A stretch of 64,000 nucleotides of DNA from Zootoca vivipara (Eukaryota), in contig NC_083277.1 of the NCBI RefSeq assembly GCF_963506605.1, forward strand, positions 4,588,001-4,652,000, read 5' to 3'. The position numbers and the translations under genes are program-made. Shown piece by piece: positions 12,121-25,671 of the stretch. Below the pieces are notes generated by a model. It saw nothing but the letters and a program-made list of their open reading frames with translations. It did not search any database and was not told the origin of the DNA. Within the stretch, counting starts at the first letter, position 1, and each line of letters starts with the position of its first letter.

Positions 12121-13438
12121 CCCCCCCCCAAATAAATCTCCAAAAAGGACCCAAGGAGGCGAGATGCAGAAGCCGGCTGCGTCCTCAAAAAGGGGCTGCA
12201 TCCTCTACCCCGGGATCAAGAGAGGCAGTGGGGTGTAGTGGGTGGATACACCTGTTCTGCCCTCCTTCCTTTTGCGCAGATGCTCAGCCAAAGCATGCTC
12301 CTTTCTTTTTGAGGGGAATGTGCGCTTCCTTTATTCCTATATTGAGGGCAGAGGAAGACTGGGAAAAGTGTGGACAGGCGGCAGAGAGGAGAGGAAGGCA
12401 TCCTCTCCCAGCAAAGACAAATGTATTTCTGACAACATCCACGTAAGCTTCTATGGGCCTTGGTAGGCATCACACATGCTGAGAGGTGACGGGGCTCAGT
12501 CGCAATACATGTGCCCATGCATCTAAAACCGGCCGCAATTGGATAATGCCAAGTTGCAAAATGCACCTAGTCCTTAAGGGCGTTTCAAATGCTGCTCTTG
12601 CCCCTAGATGAATGAAGCACTATACCTTGCACTCAGGTATAATAGTTTTGTTTTTTTTTAAGCGTGTGAAATGCGTTATAACACGGTGACACCAGATGGC
12701 GCTGTGGAGTTCCAGCTTTCGCCAATGTGATTTCCCACTATGAACGTTTTACAACACGTTTTCCTGAAACTTTTTTGATGTGTCTAGATGCAGCGTAGAT
12801 TTCAGGATTGCTGTGCTGGAGAAAATTAAAAGGGGCTCCTCGAATGAACGTCTCCCACCCAGAAAACAAAAGAATGGAGGCTCCACGTGAAAGGACAGGC
12901 CTTTATTGAACTACACACAGAGAGACAGCCTCAAAAATGAGGAGGATGTGAAGAAACACATCTAAAGCTATGTTCAATATACACTTCTAGATTATATTCG
13001 TAATTTCATTTCACCAACAAAGGATTCCAGCAATCTGAGTAGTTGCGACCCACTGTCACCATCCTGAACCAATCAAATATGACATAGCTCTTCCGCTCAG
13101 CCCGCATCATCATATCATGTCTTTGTTTGTTGAGACACTAATTTTCCTTTTCATTAAATGTCTCCCAATATCCTCTTTTATCTACCTAAAAAAAAAAATT
13201 TCAAGATGAATCACAATCATCATGCCTAGCCATGTGGCTTGGCAATGACTCCAAAGAAAATGGAATCATTGAAAGTATAGTTTTATGAAATTATTATCAT
13301 TTGTACAGCTCTCAAGGGGAAAGCTCCATGGGATCTACATCTGAGTAAGCATGTGGAAAGGTACTTTCTTTAAAATTTACTGTTATGGGGGGTGGGGGAG
13401 AGCACTAGACCTTATGCCAGATAGTGTATGCCCCATTC

Positions 13439-14943
13439 TCAATGGACAGTGTTACCAGTGTGAATTATCTGGTGCTTTCTATAACTAGCAATGTAAGTAA
13501 AACATTTCCCACACACGGTGCATTTATATGGCTTCTCCCCCGTGTGGGCTCTCTGGTGGACGACCAAGGTAGACTTGTCAGCATAACATTTCCCACACTC
13601 AGGGCACTTATGATTTCTCTGCCCTGTATGGATTTTCCGATGTTTCACGAGGTGTGAGTAGCATTGAAAACATTCTCCACACTCGGTGCATTTATAGGGT
13701 TTCTCTCCTTTGTGGACAATCTGGTGGATCACCAATGTAGAGTTGGCAACAAAACACTTCCCACAGTCCATACACTCGTAAGGTTTCTCTCCAGTATGGA
13801 CTTGCTGGTGTTGCCTGAGGGAAGATCGGTTGGCAAACCATTTCCCACATGCTGTGCATTTATAGGGCTTCTCTCCAGTGTGGATTTTATTGTGTTCCAC
13901 AGCGGCTGAGCGTTGAGCAAAACTTTTCCCACATTCCATGCATTTGTATGGTTTCTCTCCTGTGTGGACTCTCTGATGTTTCATCAACTCACCATTTTCA
14001 GTAAAGCCCTTCCCACAGTCTATACATTTGTGAGGTTTCTCTCCCATGTGGACCCTCCGGTGGTGAGACACGAGGTGAGTGTTTTGAGAAAAACATTTAC
14101 CGCACTCTAGGCACTTGTAAGGTTTCTCCCCAGTGTGGACTTTCTGGTGGCGCAGGAGATGAAATTGGTCGGCAAACCGTTTCCCACACGAGGTGCACTC
14201 ATAAGGTTTCTCTCCAGTGTGGGATCTCTGATGCCTCACAAGGTGAACTTTACGAGAAAAACATTTGCCACACTCCATGCACTTGTAAGGTTTCTCCCCA
14301 GTATGGTCTTTCTGGTGTAGCCTGAGGGAAGATTGGATGGCAAACCATTTCCCACATGCTGTGCATTCATAGGGCTTCTCTCCAGTGTGGGATCTCTGGT
14401 GGATCACAAGGTGAGCTTTTAGAGAAAAACATTTGCCACACTCCATGCATTTATAAGGTTTCTCCCCAGTGTGGAATCTCTGGTGCATCACAAGGTGAGC
14501 TTTTAGAGAAAAACATTTGCCACACTCCCCACATCCATAAGGTTTCTCCCCAGTGTGGGATCTCTGGTGGATCACAAAGTAAGATTTGTGAGAAAAACAT
14601 TTGCCACACTCCCCACATGTATAAGGTTTCTCCCCAGTGTGAGATCTCTGATGACTCACAAGGTTACTTTTTTGGGAAAAATATTTGCCACACTCCCTGC
14701 ATTCATAGGGTTTCTCCCCAGTGTGGAATCTCTGGTGGATCCTAAGGTTTTCTGAGCAGGTAAAAGTCTTCTCGCACTCGGGACATTTGTAGGCCTCTTC
14801 TCCCTTGTGGATCCTCTTTTGTCTCACTAGTTCACACTGTAGAGCAAACTGTTTCTCACATTGCAGCGGCTGATCAAGACCCGGTTTCCCAGTCAAACAC
14901 TTCCCAGAAGAACTACAAATGGTCTTTCGCCCGAAGGCATTTC
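13439..14943 (-). CDS. Tandem C2H2 zinc-finger protein, finger exon (16 fingers plus a degenerate one)
   Basis: Open ORF; phase-1 acceptor ttcccatttgtcccAG; TGA at 13439-13441. A different subfamily from the other ZNFs in the window. Confidence 0.9.
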
Positions 14944-15277
14944 CTGGGACAAATGGGAAACAGGAAAATGAGACCGTGAACTTTGGAAACAATGAATATT
15001 TGTGTCGCTCATCTGTGGAACTCAATGCTGCACAAAGAGAAGAAAGGGTGTGTGTATGCAAGGGGCTGGAATCAGCTGACTTGCCCAACCCCTAGTTCTT
15101 TGAACCTTTAAGAGGGGAGCTTTAAGAGCTACAGCCAAAAGAAGTGAGAAGTATAAAACACTGTATTTTAAGGAGCTCCCATGTACTAATGTTATTGGCT
15201 TTTTTCCAGCCAGAATCCAGTTGCAGAACATTTAAGGTGGGCGCCATTGCCACTCTAATAATAATAAAAAACAATAA

Positions 15278-15886
15278 TAATTTATTATTTATACCCAGCC
15301 ACTCTGGGCGGCTTTCAACAGAAGAATAAAATAATTGATTAAAGATTAAAAAGCCTTTCTAAACAGGGCTGCCTTCAGATTTCTTCTAAAAATCTTTGAC
15401 ATCTGATTGGAGGGCGTTCCACAGGGTGGGTGCCACTACCAAGAAGGCCCTCTGCCTGGTTCCCTGTAGCTTTGCTTCTCGCAGTGAGGGAACCGCCAGA
15501 AGGCCCTCGGCACTGGACCTCAGTGTCCGGGCAGAACGATGGGGGTGGAGACGCTCCTTAAGGTATACTGGACTGAGGCCGTTAAGGCTTTAAAGGTCAG
15601 TACCAACACTTTGAATTGTGCTCGGAAGCCAATGTAGATCTTTCAAGACCGGTGTTATGTGGTCTTGGCGGCTGCTCCCAGTCACCAGTCTAGCTGCCGC
15701 ATTCTGGATTAGTTGTAGTTTCTGGGTCACCTTCAAAGGTAGCCCCACATAGAGCGCATTGCAGTAGTCCAAGCGGGAGATAACTAGAGCATGCACCACT
15801 CTGGCGAGACAGTCTGCAGGCAGGTAGGGTCTCAGCCTGCGTACCAGATGGAGCTGATAGACAGCTGCCCTGGACACAGAATTGAC
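15278..15886 (-). mobile_element. L2 LINE 3' fragment
   Basis: HALVISRLDYCNALY...QNAAARLV...HITPVLKDLHWLP. Confidence 0.9.
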
Positions 15887-16034
15887 TCTAAGACAACAAG
15901 GGAGGTGTTCATGGTGAGTTCTAGAAAAACTACACTTACCTGACATTTTGGTCAGTTTCTTGCTTACTTAAAATCTGATATATATGTTAAATGAACTGTT
16001 AATCATTAGATATTTAGCGTTTCACAGGGAGATG

Positions 16035-16640
16035 CCATATTTTTCCGTGTATAAGACGACCCCTATTTTTAGGGACCACAAATAAAGTAAGTTGGGGGGG
16101 ATTGCCCAGAGTTGTTAAGCTATTGGGGGGGATTCCCCACAATCCCTCACCTGCCTGACCGCCCCTGCCAATTGCATGTCCCGCCGAAGCCACCAATAAC
16201 AGGCATGCTCACAGCCAGCAGCCACTAATCGCCCACCAAATTGCCCCAGCACCAGCCAATCGCCATCAGGCCTTGCCACAGCCACCAATCACACGCCTAA
16301 TCGCTGCTTGCGACTGCCACCAATCACGTGTCCCCCCCCTCTGCACTATCTGTGTACAGTGGTACCTCGGGTTGAGTACTCAATCCTACCCTTAAAAGTA
16401 CTCAACCCGAGTGGCCATAGTGCACATGCACGAAGCGCCGACAGAGCACTTCTGCGCATGCAGAGAGCACGCAGACCGCTTCTGCGCATGAGCGTGCGGC
16501 GGAACCCGGAAGTAAACACTTCCGGGACCACGCGGTTCTTAACCTGAAAGTACGCAACCTGCAGCGTACTTAACCCGAGGTATGGCTGTATAAGACAACC
16601 CCCTAAAAGAAACATCGTCTTTTTCACAGTAAAATATGGT
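16035..16640. mobile_element. Tc2/pogo-like MITE containing a nested Tc1/mariner-type MITE (16357-16588)
   Basis: Outer ends ccatatttttccgtgtataagacg...gtaaaatatgg; inner element TA-cagtggtacctcgggtt...aacccgaggtatggctg-TA. Confidence 0.65.
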
Positions 16641-16804
16641 TTGCTGCCTTAAGGACAATAAAAGTTTGCTGCCTTAAGGACAAAATGAATTTGAGGAAAA
16701 TACCATATATACATTTGACTAGATCCAGACGCTCTTGGACGAAACTGATTTTCCTAGATTCGGTTCAATAAGGGTTTAGGTCCAGTTTGGGCACAAAACT
16801 GCTG

Positions 16805-17103
16805 GAGTCCAGCCCCGAGGGCCTTCTGGCGGTTCCCTCACTGCGAGAAGCAAAGCTACAGGGAACCAGGCAGAGGGCCTTCTCGGTAGTGGCACCCGCT
16901 CTGTGGAATGCCCTCCCATCAGAGGTCAGAGAGATAAACAACTACCTGACATTTAGAAAACATCTGAAGGCAGCCCTGTTTAGGGAAGTTTTGAAATGTG
17001 TGACATTTTAATGTATTTTAATCTTGTTGGAAGCCACCCAGAGTGGCTGGGGAAACCCAACCAGATGGACGGGGCACAAATAATAAATTATCATTATTAT
17101 TAT
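16805..17103 (+). mobile_element. L2 LINE 3' end
   Basis: RAFSVVAPALWNALP...HLKAALF, followed by an (att)n tail. Confidence 0.85.
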
Positions 17104-17427
17104 TTCGTCACCCTGTAGGATGACCTCTGTCAGAGGAGAGTCAGGCACAATGTGTCCTTGTTAATTCACTCCATTCTTAGGGTCCTTATGGTTGCCTCCA
17201 CGGTAGGTAGAGATGGGAAGCAACGAATCATTCCATCCACTACTGAAAGACCCAAAATGTGTTATTGCCGTGGGCTGTTTTTATACCAGCTTGTCATTGT
17301 TTAAAGACTGACTTTGCTTTTCCCTGTTGTGCCATTTTTAATTTTTGTATATATTAATTTTTGTATATATTAATTTTTTGTATATTTATATAAAATTATA
17401 AACTATAAAATATTATATATAAATTAC

Positions 17428-17548
17428 CCAGGAAATTCACGTTCTCGTCGTTTTCCTCCATGCCGCTCCCATGCAAGGCTCAGCTTTGCAGCAACACTCC
17501 CTGCCTGTATCTGAAAAAGGCGGTCACGTCTTGCAAGGTCACTGGACG
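17428..17548 (-). pseudogene. Decayed KRAB-A exon of the 16-finger ZNF gene
   Basis: Acceptor ccttctttcgtAG, then RPVTLQDVTAFFRYRQGVLLQS*ALHGSGMEENDENVNFL-G/GTAAT, against consensus PVTFEDVAVYF..EW.LL..QRALY.EVM.ENY.N..SLG. 121 nt versus the canonical 127, with an in-frame TGA. Confidence 0.8.
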
Positions 17549-18781
17549 CTACGAAAGAAGGAAACAGAAAGAGAGAACTTGCTGAAGAATAAACAGCTCA
17601 AAGCCAGTAATCAGGAAGAAGGTGGAGTTTGGAGTACAAATCCTCAGATTTAAGGCAATTGCCTGGAAGGGGGGCGGGTGGATTACCAGTGTGGGGTAGA
17701 AAGGGGTCAGGGTAGTCGTAAGAGTGCTAGACCAAATCCACTCTCTCAGCCTATCACAGGAACATTGTGAGGAAGAAATGGGGAGAGGGAGAACAATGTA
17801 CCACACCTTGAGGTCCTTGGAGGGGAAAATAGGGTCATAGATGTAATAAAGTACTGTACATAAATAATAATAATTTGTTGTTATTGTTATTATTATTACC
17901 CCATCCATCTGGCTGGGTTTCCCCATTAACTCTGTGTGGCCTATAGTATCTAAACAATGTAACAAAAACAGCAAACATTATAAAGCTCCCGATACTGGGC
18001 GGCCTTCAGATGTCTTCTAAAAGCTACGTACAGCCAATCAGAAGCCGCGCTTTGCTTTCCGAATGTTTTGGAAGTCAAATGGACTTCTGGAATGGATTCC
18101 GTTCGACTTCCAAGGTACAACTGTAGCTGTACTGAGTTATTTCAATTGCTTTTGTTGATTTGCTCATTGCAAACAGCTGGACGTCTGTAAACTTTGATAA
18201 TAAACCTGATTTGCAATGGAGATTGAATAATTTCAATTGCAAGTGTATATAAAATTATTTGGAGAGGCCCAAGGGAGCTTTCTTAAAAATATGGGCAATG
18301 CACACTTCTGCAAAACCACACAATCAATAAAGAGAAAAGTGGGGCCCTTTGCACCCTGCAAAATATTTTTTTGTCTAGAATTATTACTGTAATTCATTTC
18401 ATTTTCATACTGCTTTATATATTTTAAAGAGAAAAAATCTCAGAGCAGTTTTCAACACATTAAAATAATAAAGTTCAGAATAAAACATTACTGAGTAAAG
18501 TAATATATAAAGTACACGTTCAAAGCAACGTATATTATCTTAAACATTTCACCTCCCTACCCCCCCCCTTGCTCATTTGTAAAGACCCTATCCTTTCTCT
18601 CGATCGCCTTCCAGGAGGACAAAGCGGGGCTCCATGGGCTCTTCCCCTTCTTTGCAGCTGCAAAATCATGCAAGAGAAGCGAAAGCAAAAACTCAGATCG
18701 AGAAGGGCCTCCCCGTCTTCATGACCCGAAGTCAACGTGCCCCTTCCAGAAAAAGGGGGCCCCTTCTGCTTCTGATCCCAC

Positions 18782-19097
18782 ACTTACCAGCTTTTGCAAA
18801 ATGGGCATCAGATGCTTTTGCGCGCCGACCACGCGGCAAACCTTGCAAATCCTTCCCGCCAGGCAGCCGACCTACCGCTTTGCAGCTGCAAGGGAGCCTG
18901 GGAGATAAAGGGCTGCTGGGAATTGTAGTCTCTTATTGCCAAAAAAAGGACAAAGAGGTTTCTGTAGCCTGTTCCGTTCTCCCCGCCCACAGGGGGCTGG
19001 TTGGTGGGCAGGAAGGGACTGGCGGAAACATTGCAAGGTCTGCTGCGTCGTCTGCGCGCAAAAGCCCCGGAAGCGCACTCTGCAAAAGCTAGTAAGT
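18782..19097. promoter_or_regulatory. Bidirectional CpG promoter with inverted, homologous non-coding first exons (copy A)
   Basis: Minus-strand donor gcaaaagctg/GTAAGT (18782-18787) and plus-strand donor gcaaaagcta/GTAAGT (19092-19097); central ZNF143/THAP11-type motif tgctgggaattgtagtc (18914-18930); ETS-like ccggaag. Confidence 0.7.
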
Positions 19098-20929
19098 GGC
19101 CAGATCAGAAGCAGGATATCAGGTCCAAACGCCTCCTTCCTCCTCCTCCTCCTCTTATTCTTCTTCTTCTTCGCGGGGCTTGCCTTCCCGCCATATTTTA
19201 TTCAAGTTCGCACCCCTGGGGTGGAGAGAGAGAGAGAGAGAGACACGTGGCCTTTGGGTGAAAGGGCTCCATCTTGGGCACTGGCGGGGAAATTTCTGGA
19301 GGGGCTGCCTTGGCTTCTCCCTCCTGCCCAACAGACTCCTTAGGGTCACATCCGTAAATGGGGGAAAGGGAGGGTACCAATTCCTTTCTCCCTACTTAGA
19401 AACTGCTTCTCCCTTGGGGACTGAGTGGGGGCTCCGGAGGTAGGATGCTGCATGACACCGAATTAGACCATTGGTTCACCTGGGTCACTATTGCTGGCTG
19501 GCTGGGCACCCTGAGGTCAGGAGGCTGGACTAAGTGCGCCATTTGGCCTGATCCAGCAGGACTCTGGTGATGTTCTTAAGAGGAAAGGAGTGTTTTTTTA
19601 ATGGTGGAGTGGGGAAGATCCTCTTTCAGGCATGACTCTGCTGGGGTTCAGGAGGAAGTCACCCTTCTTTTCTTGTAGGAGGAGTTGCTAGGGTGCCACT
19701 TAGGGAGGGAAATATCTGTGGGGGTCTGGGGCTGCCTTTGCTTCTCCCCCCCCCCCCCAGGGCATGCTTGCATGCTTAGCTATATGCTTTTAGGACTGTT
19801 TAGGTAAACGTTCCCGCTGAAGAAGGTGCCAGGCCTCCTGCTGCACAAACCAAACCATATGAAAAATGAACATGAGATTTTAGCTAGGGTTTGTTCATTG
19901 TAGTTTTGGATTCAAACTTAGATTGCATTTCATGAAGAACCTGGGCCACACAGAGACTTTTCTTCCGCTTTCTTTGCACTACACACATTGCAGGATGTGG
20001 ATACCTTGAAAGAAGTTCCTGTTCTTCCCACATTACATGCAGGAGTGAGGAGGGGGCAGATACAACCCTATAGCAATGCTCACATTGCAGATTGGAGCTG
20101 AGGCCGAGGGTGCAGTCCTTGCCTGTTTACTCAGATGCAGATCCCATGGAATTTAATGGAGCTTTCCCCTTGAGATGTGTACAGAACCGAGCTATCTGCA
20201 ACATGATCTGTCAGTCAGTGAAGTCTTTGTACAGTATTTATTTACTTGATTGCGGGGCAGGGTTTGCAGATGCCCCCTGACTACGCCCATGTCTGGAGGC
20301 TGGCAGAGGCGATGTGGGGTGGGGAGTGCGAGGGATTCCCAGTTTCCCACCCCTCACTGTTTTAACAACAGAGGCTCTCCCTGTGCTTCTCTACAAACAG
20401 GAGAAAACCTCCAGTGTCCAAATTGGACTTGTCTCCAGGGTACCTCAGGCACTGCGTTCGAAACCTATTGCCACCAGTGGGGTCTCCCTCCCATGGATCC
20501 CTACTGCTACAATGTGCCTCTCCCTTAGGCAACTATGTGGCTCCTTTGGCTTCACTAACCAGTCCTTCATATGACAGGAGAAAAAGCAAACAGTTTCCTC
20601 TTCCCCAGGAAAGCTTTGTTCTCGCCTCTTTGTCACACCTCTGAAGGTACTGAGACACTGCCGAGTCAGGGAACGTTTAAGCACATTTAACTTTATTATT
20701 TAACTTGTAAACATGGATTTCTCTGGTTCTTAAAAGCACATATCTTCTTTTCATATAACACAGACTTGTCAATACAGCTCCTGCATCCCTCTCTAACACT
20801 CTACTCCCAAATGCCAACCCCCAACTGCCATTTAGAATGCCCTCCCGCTCCGCCTCCCAGGGAACACCTGCCTATAATGGGAGTGATAGGTTAACCCATG
20901 ATGAACCGGAATCATCATCAGGCACTATT

Positions 20930-21720
20930 CCGCCACAGGGAGAATATTCCCTTTCCTCCCACGGAGTTGCATCGAGTTGCAGGGTGGGCCGTCTCTTGTG
21001 GATGCTTCCATGGCGATTCCAGCATTGCAGCGGGTTGGGCTGGATGACCCTCGCAAGTCCCCTTCCAAGTGTACCGTTCCCCGGTTCTGTCCTTGTAAGC
21101 CCACTCACCCCCGATAGGGCCGAAAGTCTTGTAGCCTGGCCCTGTCCCATACCCCCATCTAGTCCTACCTCTTTTGCCCAACATGGGTCTCGATCCTGCA
21201 ACCCTGAGATGAAAAGCCTCATGCTGTACCCACTGAACCATCCCACCTATCGCCCCTCCAGTATGCCATCCCCCTCCAAGGGCCCGGGGCCCCTAGGAGT
21301 TGGCCACTGTATATGCCCCTTTCCCACCGTGGGAGCCAAGCCGAGCGTTGCCCAGTCCTGTTCTGAATCTGGCGGGATCCGGATCCCTCCCAGTGCCTCA
21401 CGCAGTTTCAGCCTGGGCAGCAATCCCCGAGCGGCAAGGCCATGTAAGGGTTAAGGGGAGCAAGAGAGCCCGGGTGCCTAGAGCAGCCTGGGAAAGGCCC
21501 CGCTTCCGGTCCTGCCACCTCCTGTGGTCTCTTTCCACTTTTCTTGGGAGGCCTCTGGGGCGGTGAGTCCTATGAGTGAAGGGGAGGCTCTGGGGCGATG
21601 CGGGGTGCAGAGTAGGTGATTGGGGGGCTGAGAGTTGAATGGGAAGATCCCCTGGGTTGGGAAGCCATGGGACCCAAGGTCTCTCAGGTCCCAGCACCCC
21701 CACCCCACACCCATGACCCC
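20930..21720 (+). promoter_or_regulatory. GC-rich promoter / first-exon module (copy 2, inverted relative to copies 1 and 3)
   Basis: Reverse-complement paralog of 11100-12120; donor ggggcg/GTGAGT at ~21563. Confidence 0.55.
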
Positions 21721-23484
21721 TGGGGGGGGGAGCGGACTGTTTAAAACACTTGAGGAGGCGGGGCTGTGCGTGGGTGTGTATATACTTGGTGTGTGGGTGT
21801 GTATGTACTTGGTGTGTGGGTGTTCGTATGTGCGTTTGTGTGCGATGTGTCATATGATCAGTTATATGGGACGGGGCTTGAGAGAAAGGGCTCCATCTTG
21901 GACGAGGAAATCTCCGGAGGGGCTGCCTTGGTTTCTCCCTCCTGCCCAGGAGTCTCCTTAAAGTCACATCCATAACGGGGGTGGGTGGTGGTTGGTCCGA
22001 ATTCCTTTCTCCCCCTTCCTCCTTGGAATCTGCTTCTCCCTCAGGGACTGGGGTCTCCCAAGGTAGGATGCTGCATGACACCGAATTAGACCAAAGATCC
22101 ACCTGGGACAGTCTCTACAGGGGTCTGGGGCTTCCCTCCCTCCCAAGACGCCACAACTTGTTTAAACTTTGAGCTCTACAAAATAGTTTTAAAATGGCTG
22201 GATAATCATCATCACTACCTGAGGCTGGGAGTGGTGTGCTGAGTTCCAGGGGGTTGGGGGAAGAGAAGGAGAAATGACTGGGTGGGGGCTGGAGAGGACA
22301 GATTGAATTGGTATCACCAAAAAAAACTTTGAACATGGGGCTCCTGTTGGGAAGGTGGTACCCCATTTGGGCTTCTCTAGAGGCTCCTGAATGTTTTGGG
22401 CAGGAGAATCCCTGCAGGGCCTCTGAGGCTCCCTTTCCTTCTTCTTCCCTCCCAGGAACCCTTTGCTGTATAACATCTATATGATACCACTAAGTGGAGT
22501 TACCCAGAGGTTTGGAGTACGTTGTCAGCAATATGCTGATGACACTCAGCTCTATTTCTCATACAGGCAGCAGGTGTGCTAGACCATTGTCTTGCCTCGG
22601 TAATGGACTGGATGAGATCCAACAAACTGAAGCTGAATCCAGATAAGACAGAGGCCCAGTTAATAGGTGGTTCCCTAGACTGGATGGTGGGGAGGTTGCC
22701 TTCTCATGATGGGGTTACATTCCCTCCGAAAGAGGAGGCATGTTGCTTGGAGGGACTTCTGCATCCATTGCTGTCCTTTGAGGCTCAGGTGGCCATAGTG
22801 GCGTGGCTTCAGTTGGCCTGAGTCTGTTGTTGTTCAACGTCTTTATAAACAACTTAGATGAAGGAATTGAGGGGATGGATGCTCATCCAATGTGCAGATT
22901 ATGCCAGAGCAGGAGATTCAATTTTACCATAACAGATTGGAGTCCTGGGCTTGTTATCTTTATCACTGGAGGGTAGGAGCTGATCCAATGGATTCAAATT
23001 ACAAGAAATGTGAATCCAGCTAAACAGTAGAAGAGACACCCTCTGAAAGTGGTGGACTCTCCTTCCTTGGAGGCTTTTAAGCAGAGGTTGGATGCTTAAG
23101 TCAAGATTGCTGCATTGCAGAAGTTTGGACAAGAGGACCCTCGGGGTCTCTTCCAAGTGTACATAGAATTGTTCATATACCACCCTTCATCTAAGCATAA
23201 CAGAAAATAGAAAAACACTCACCCACACAATTTAAAGAGACAGAGATGATTTAATTAGGCAAAGGCCAGGGAAAAGAGGAAAGTTTTCATTTGCTGCCCA
23301 GATTGTAACACTTGGCATTACTATATATATTGACATAATTTTTGGTGTATTCCTAAAAAATTAGAACATGAAAAGGGAGAACAGAAGAGATATTGAAATA
23401 AGAGTTGTTATTTGCCCCAGATATGTGTTTTGTTACTTCTTCCTCTTCCTTGGTAGCCTAACAGGATTTTCTTTCCTCCCCAAG

Positions 23485-24100
23485 CACGTGATGGAAACAA
23501 TAGTCAGAATTCCAAGAAGTCACCTGGAATTTTATTGAAGAAACCATATGAATGTATGAAATGTGGAAAGTCGTTCAGCCGGAAAGAAAACCTTACTACA
23601 CACCAGCGAACTCTCACAGGGGAGAAACCATTTCAGTGTATGGAGTGTGGAAAGACATTTGCTGATTCTGGAAGCCATAGAACACATCAGCGGATTCACA
23701 CAGGAGAAAAACCATTTAAATGTGTGGAGTGCGGAAAGTGCTTCAGTCAAAGTGGAAACCTTAGTTCACATCAAATAATTCACACAGGGGAGAAGCCATT
23801 CAAATCTATGGAGTGCGGAAAGTCTTTCAGGTGGAAACATTACCTTACTACACACCAGCGAACTCACATACGGGAGAAGCCATTTAAATGTATGGAGTGT
23901 GGGAAGACTTTCACAGATAGTGGAAGCCATGCAAAACATTTACGAATTCATACAGGGGAGAAACCATTTAAATGTATGGAGTGTGGGAAGACTTTCACAG
24001 ATAGTGGAAGCCATGTAAAACATTTACGAATTCACACAGGAGATAAACCATTTAAATGTATGGAGTGTGGAAGTTGCTTCAATCAAAGTTGCAACCTTAA
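23485..24100 (+). pseudogene. Truncated C2H2 ZNF (7 finger units, one with C>S); N-terminal exon deleted
   Basis: Same acceptor as the other copies. The array breaks mid-finger (NQSCNLK) at ~24100. The upstream exon is cut a few nt after its acceptor at ~22460 and fused to an L2 fragment. Confidence 0.75.
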
Positions 24101-24499
24101 GTCAGGTAGTTGTTTATCTCTCTGACCTCTAAATTAGTCATTTAAAACTCCACTATATATACCTGGGCTGGAGAGTTTGTGTGGGTGCATCTGTAAGCCA
24201 TAAAATACATCTGTTTCTTCCATGACTTAAATTAAAATTTCAATATGTATTTTTCTTTTTTTAAAAAAATCCCACTTAGAAACCAAAAACCTTAAGAACT
24301 TCAGCAACCTTCATTCCACCCCTAAGAAGATTATGTTAGGACCCTCATGCCAATAATTTTATATAAAGAACTGTTGGGGGGGGATGCAGAAACTAATGAA
24401 GCCACAGCAAATAGGAGTTTAAAAATAGAAATTTGCTGCTGCCAACATTTGTACTGAAGTTGTAGCTATTTCCCTTCCCAGCACAAAGCAAAGTTTAGA

Positions 24500-24964
24500 G
24501 GGCAAGAAGCGCCTCCCCCCAAAATTAGGACCTTGAGCCCGTCGTGGCTTCTGCACTCACCAGAGGCACCGCGGCGCAAGGGAACAGTTGCTGGGGACTA
24601 GGAAGGAAATGCGCTTGGCGGGAGGACAAGTGAAAGAATCGCCACACGCTCCTGCAAAAGGAAACGCGGAGGCAGTGCCGCTCCCGGGAAGACCGAGCAA
24701 GCGTGTCCATAGAGATAGGAAAAGTAAAAGTAAAGAGTGATACTTGCACGCGCACTTCCTGGCTCTGTTTGCAACTTTGGGTGTCCATAGAGATAGGAAA
24801 AAGTAAAGAGTGATACTCGCACGCACACTTCCTGGCTCGGTTTGCAAAAAAAAAAAAAAATTACGGGATAATTACGGGATATTTCTCCATACGGGATGAC
24901 AGCGGGAAATGGCTTTAAAAACGGGGGTTTCCCGGGGAAAACGGGAGACTTGGCAGCTATGGAG
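24500..24964. repeat. Unclassified interspersed repeat with an internal ~80-bp tandem duplication; same terminus as 59490-59938
   Basis: Shared end cccggggaaaacgggagacttggcagctatgga; internal repeat gtgtccatagagataggaaaagtaaa... Confidence 0.55.
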
Positions 24965-25671
24965 ACCAGTGTTATGTGGTTGACCAGCACAACCAAGGCA
25001 GTTTCTGTCCCATGATGAGGTCTGAATCCCAATTGGAATTCCTGCCAATAAAAAACCAGATAAGGTGTGGGGAGGATCCCGATCCCCCACAGAAGCACCA
25101 GATCTGGTTATGTTGACAGATTGTCATCAAATGCTCTTGTGAAAGATTGACACTTCTCTCCCCCTCTACATTTTATAGCCGCAACAACCCCGTGAGGTGG
25201 GTTGGGCTGAGAAATGGTGACAGTTGCTCTAAGAGAGGTATCCCTGATACAGACCGTGTGTAGAGTAGAAAACAATTAGTCTGCACTACAAAGGATGTGT
25301 TTCAAAGCTTTACTGCAGAATAGTCTTAACAGACCTGAAAATAAAGCTTACAAACATACAAACTAATACATTGCTCCATTGAGTTCTCGGCTTCCATTTT
25401 CTGCCAAAAGAGACCACTCGGGTTTCAGGCAATGAGTCACCATTAAGCCCAGGGTTTTCCAAACTTGGTTCTCCAGCTGTTTATTGACTACAATTCCCAT
25501 CATCCCTAGCTAGCAGGACCAGTGGTCAGGAATGATGGGAACTCTAGTCCAAAAACAGCTGGAGACCCAAGTCTGGGAAACCCTGATTTAGCCAAAACCC
25601 TCAAAACAGAAACATCCCACAATTTGTTGCAGACAAACCTCTCCTGTCTAATGCAAACTTCTCTTTATATC

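Noticed and set aside
10790-12188. Many 100-185 aa ORFs in GC-rich blocks (also 20837-22100, 29145-30160, 61412-62450)
   Set aside because: Stop-poor GC-rich non-coding DNA; frames are not preserved between paralogous copies
17112-17243. Possible KRAB-B/linker exon after the decayed KRAB-A
   Set aside because: Acceptor-like site present, but the phase-1 frame has a stop, the donor is weak and there is no KRAB-B similarity
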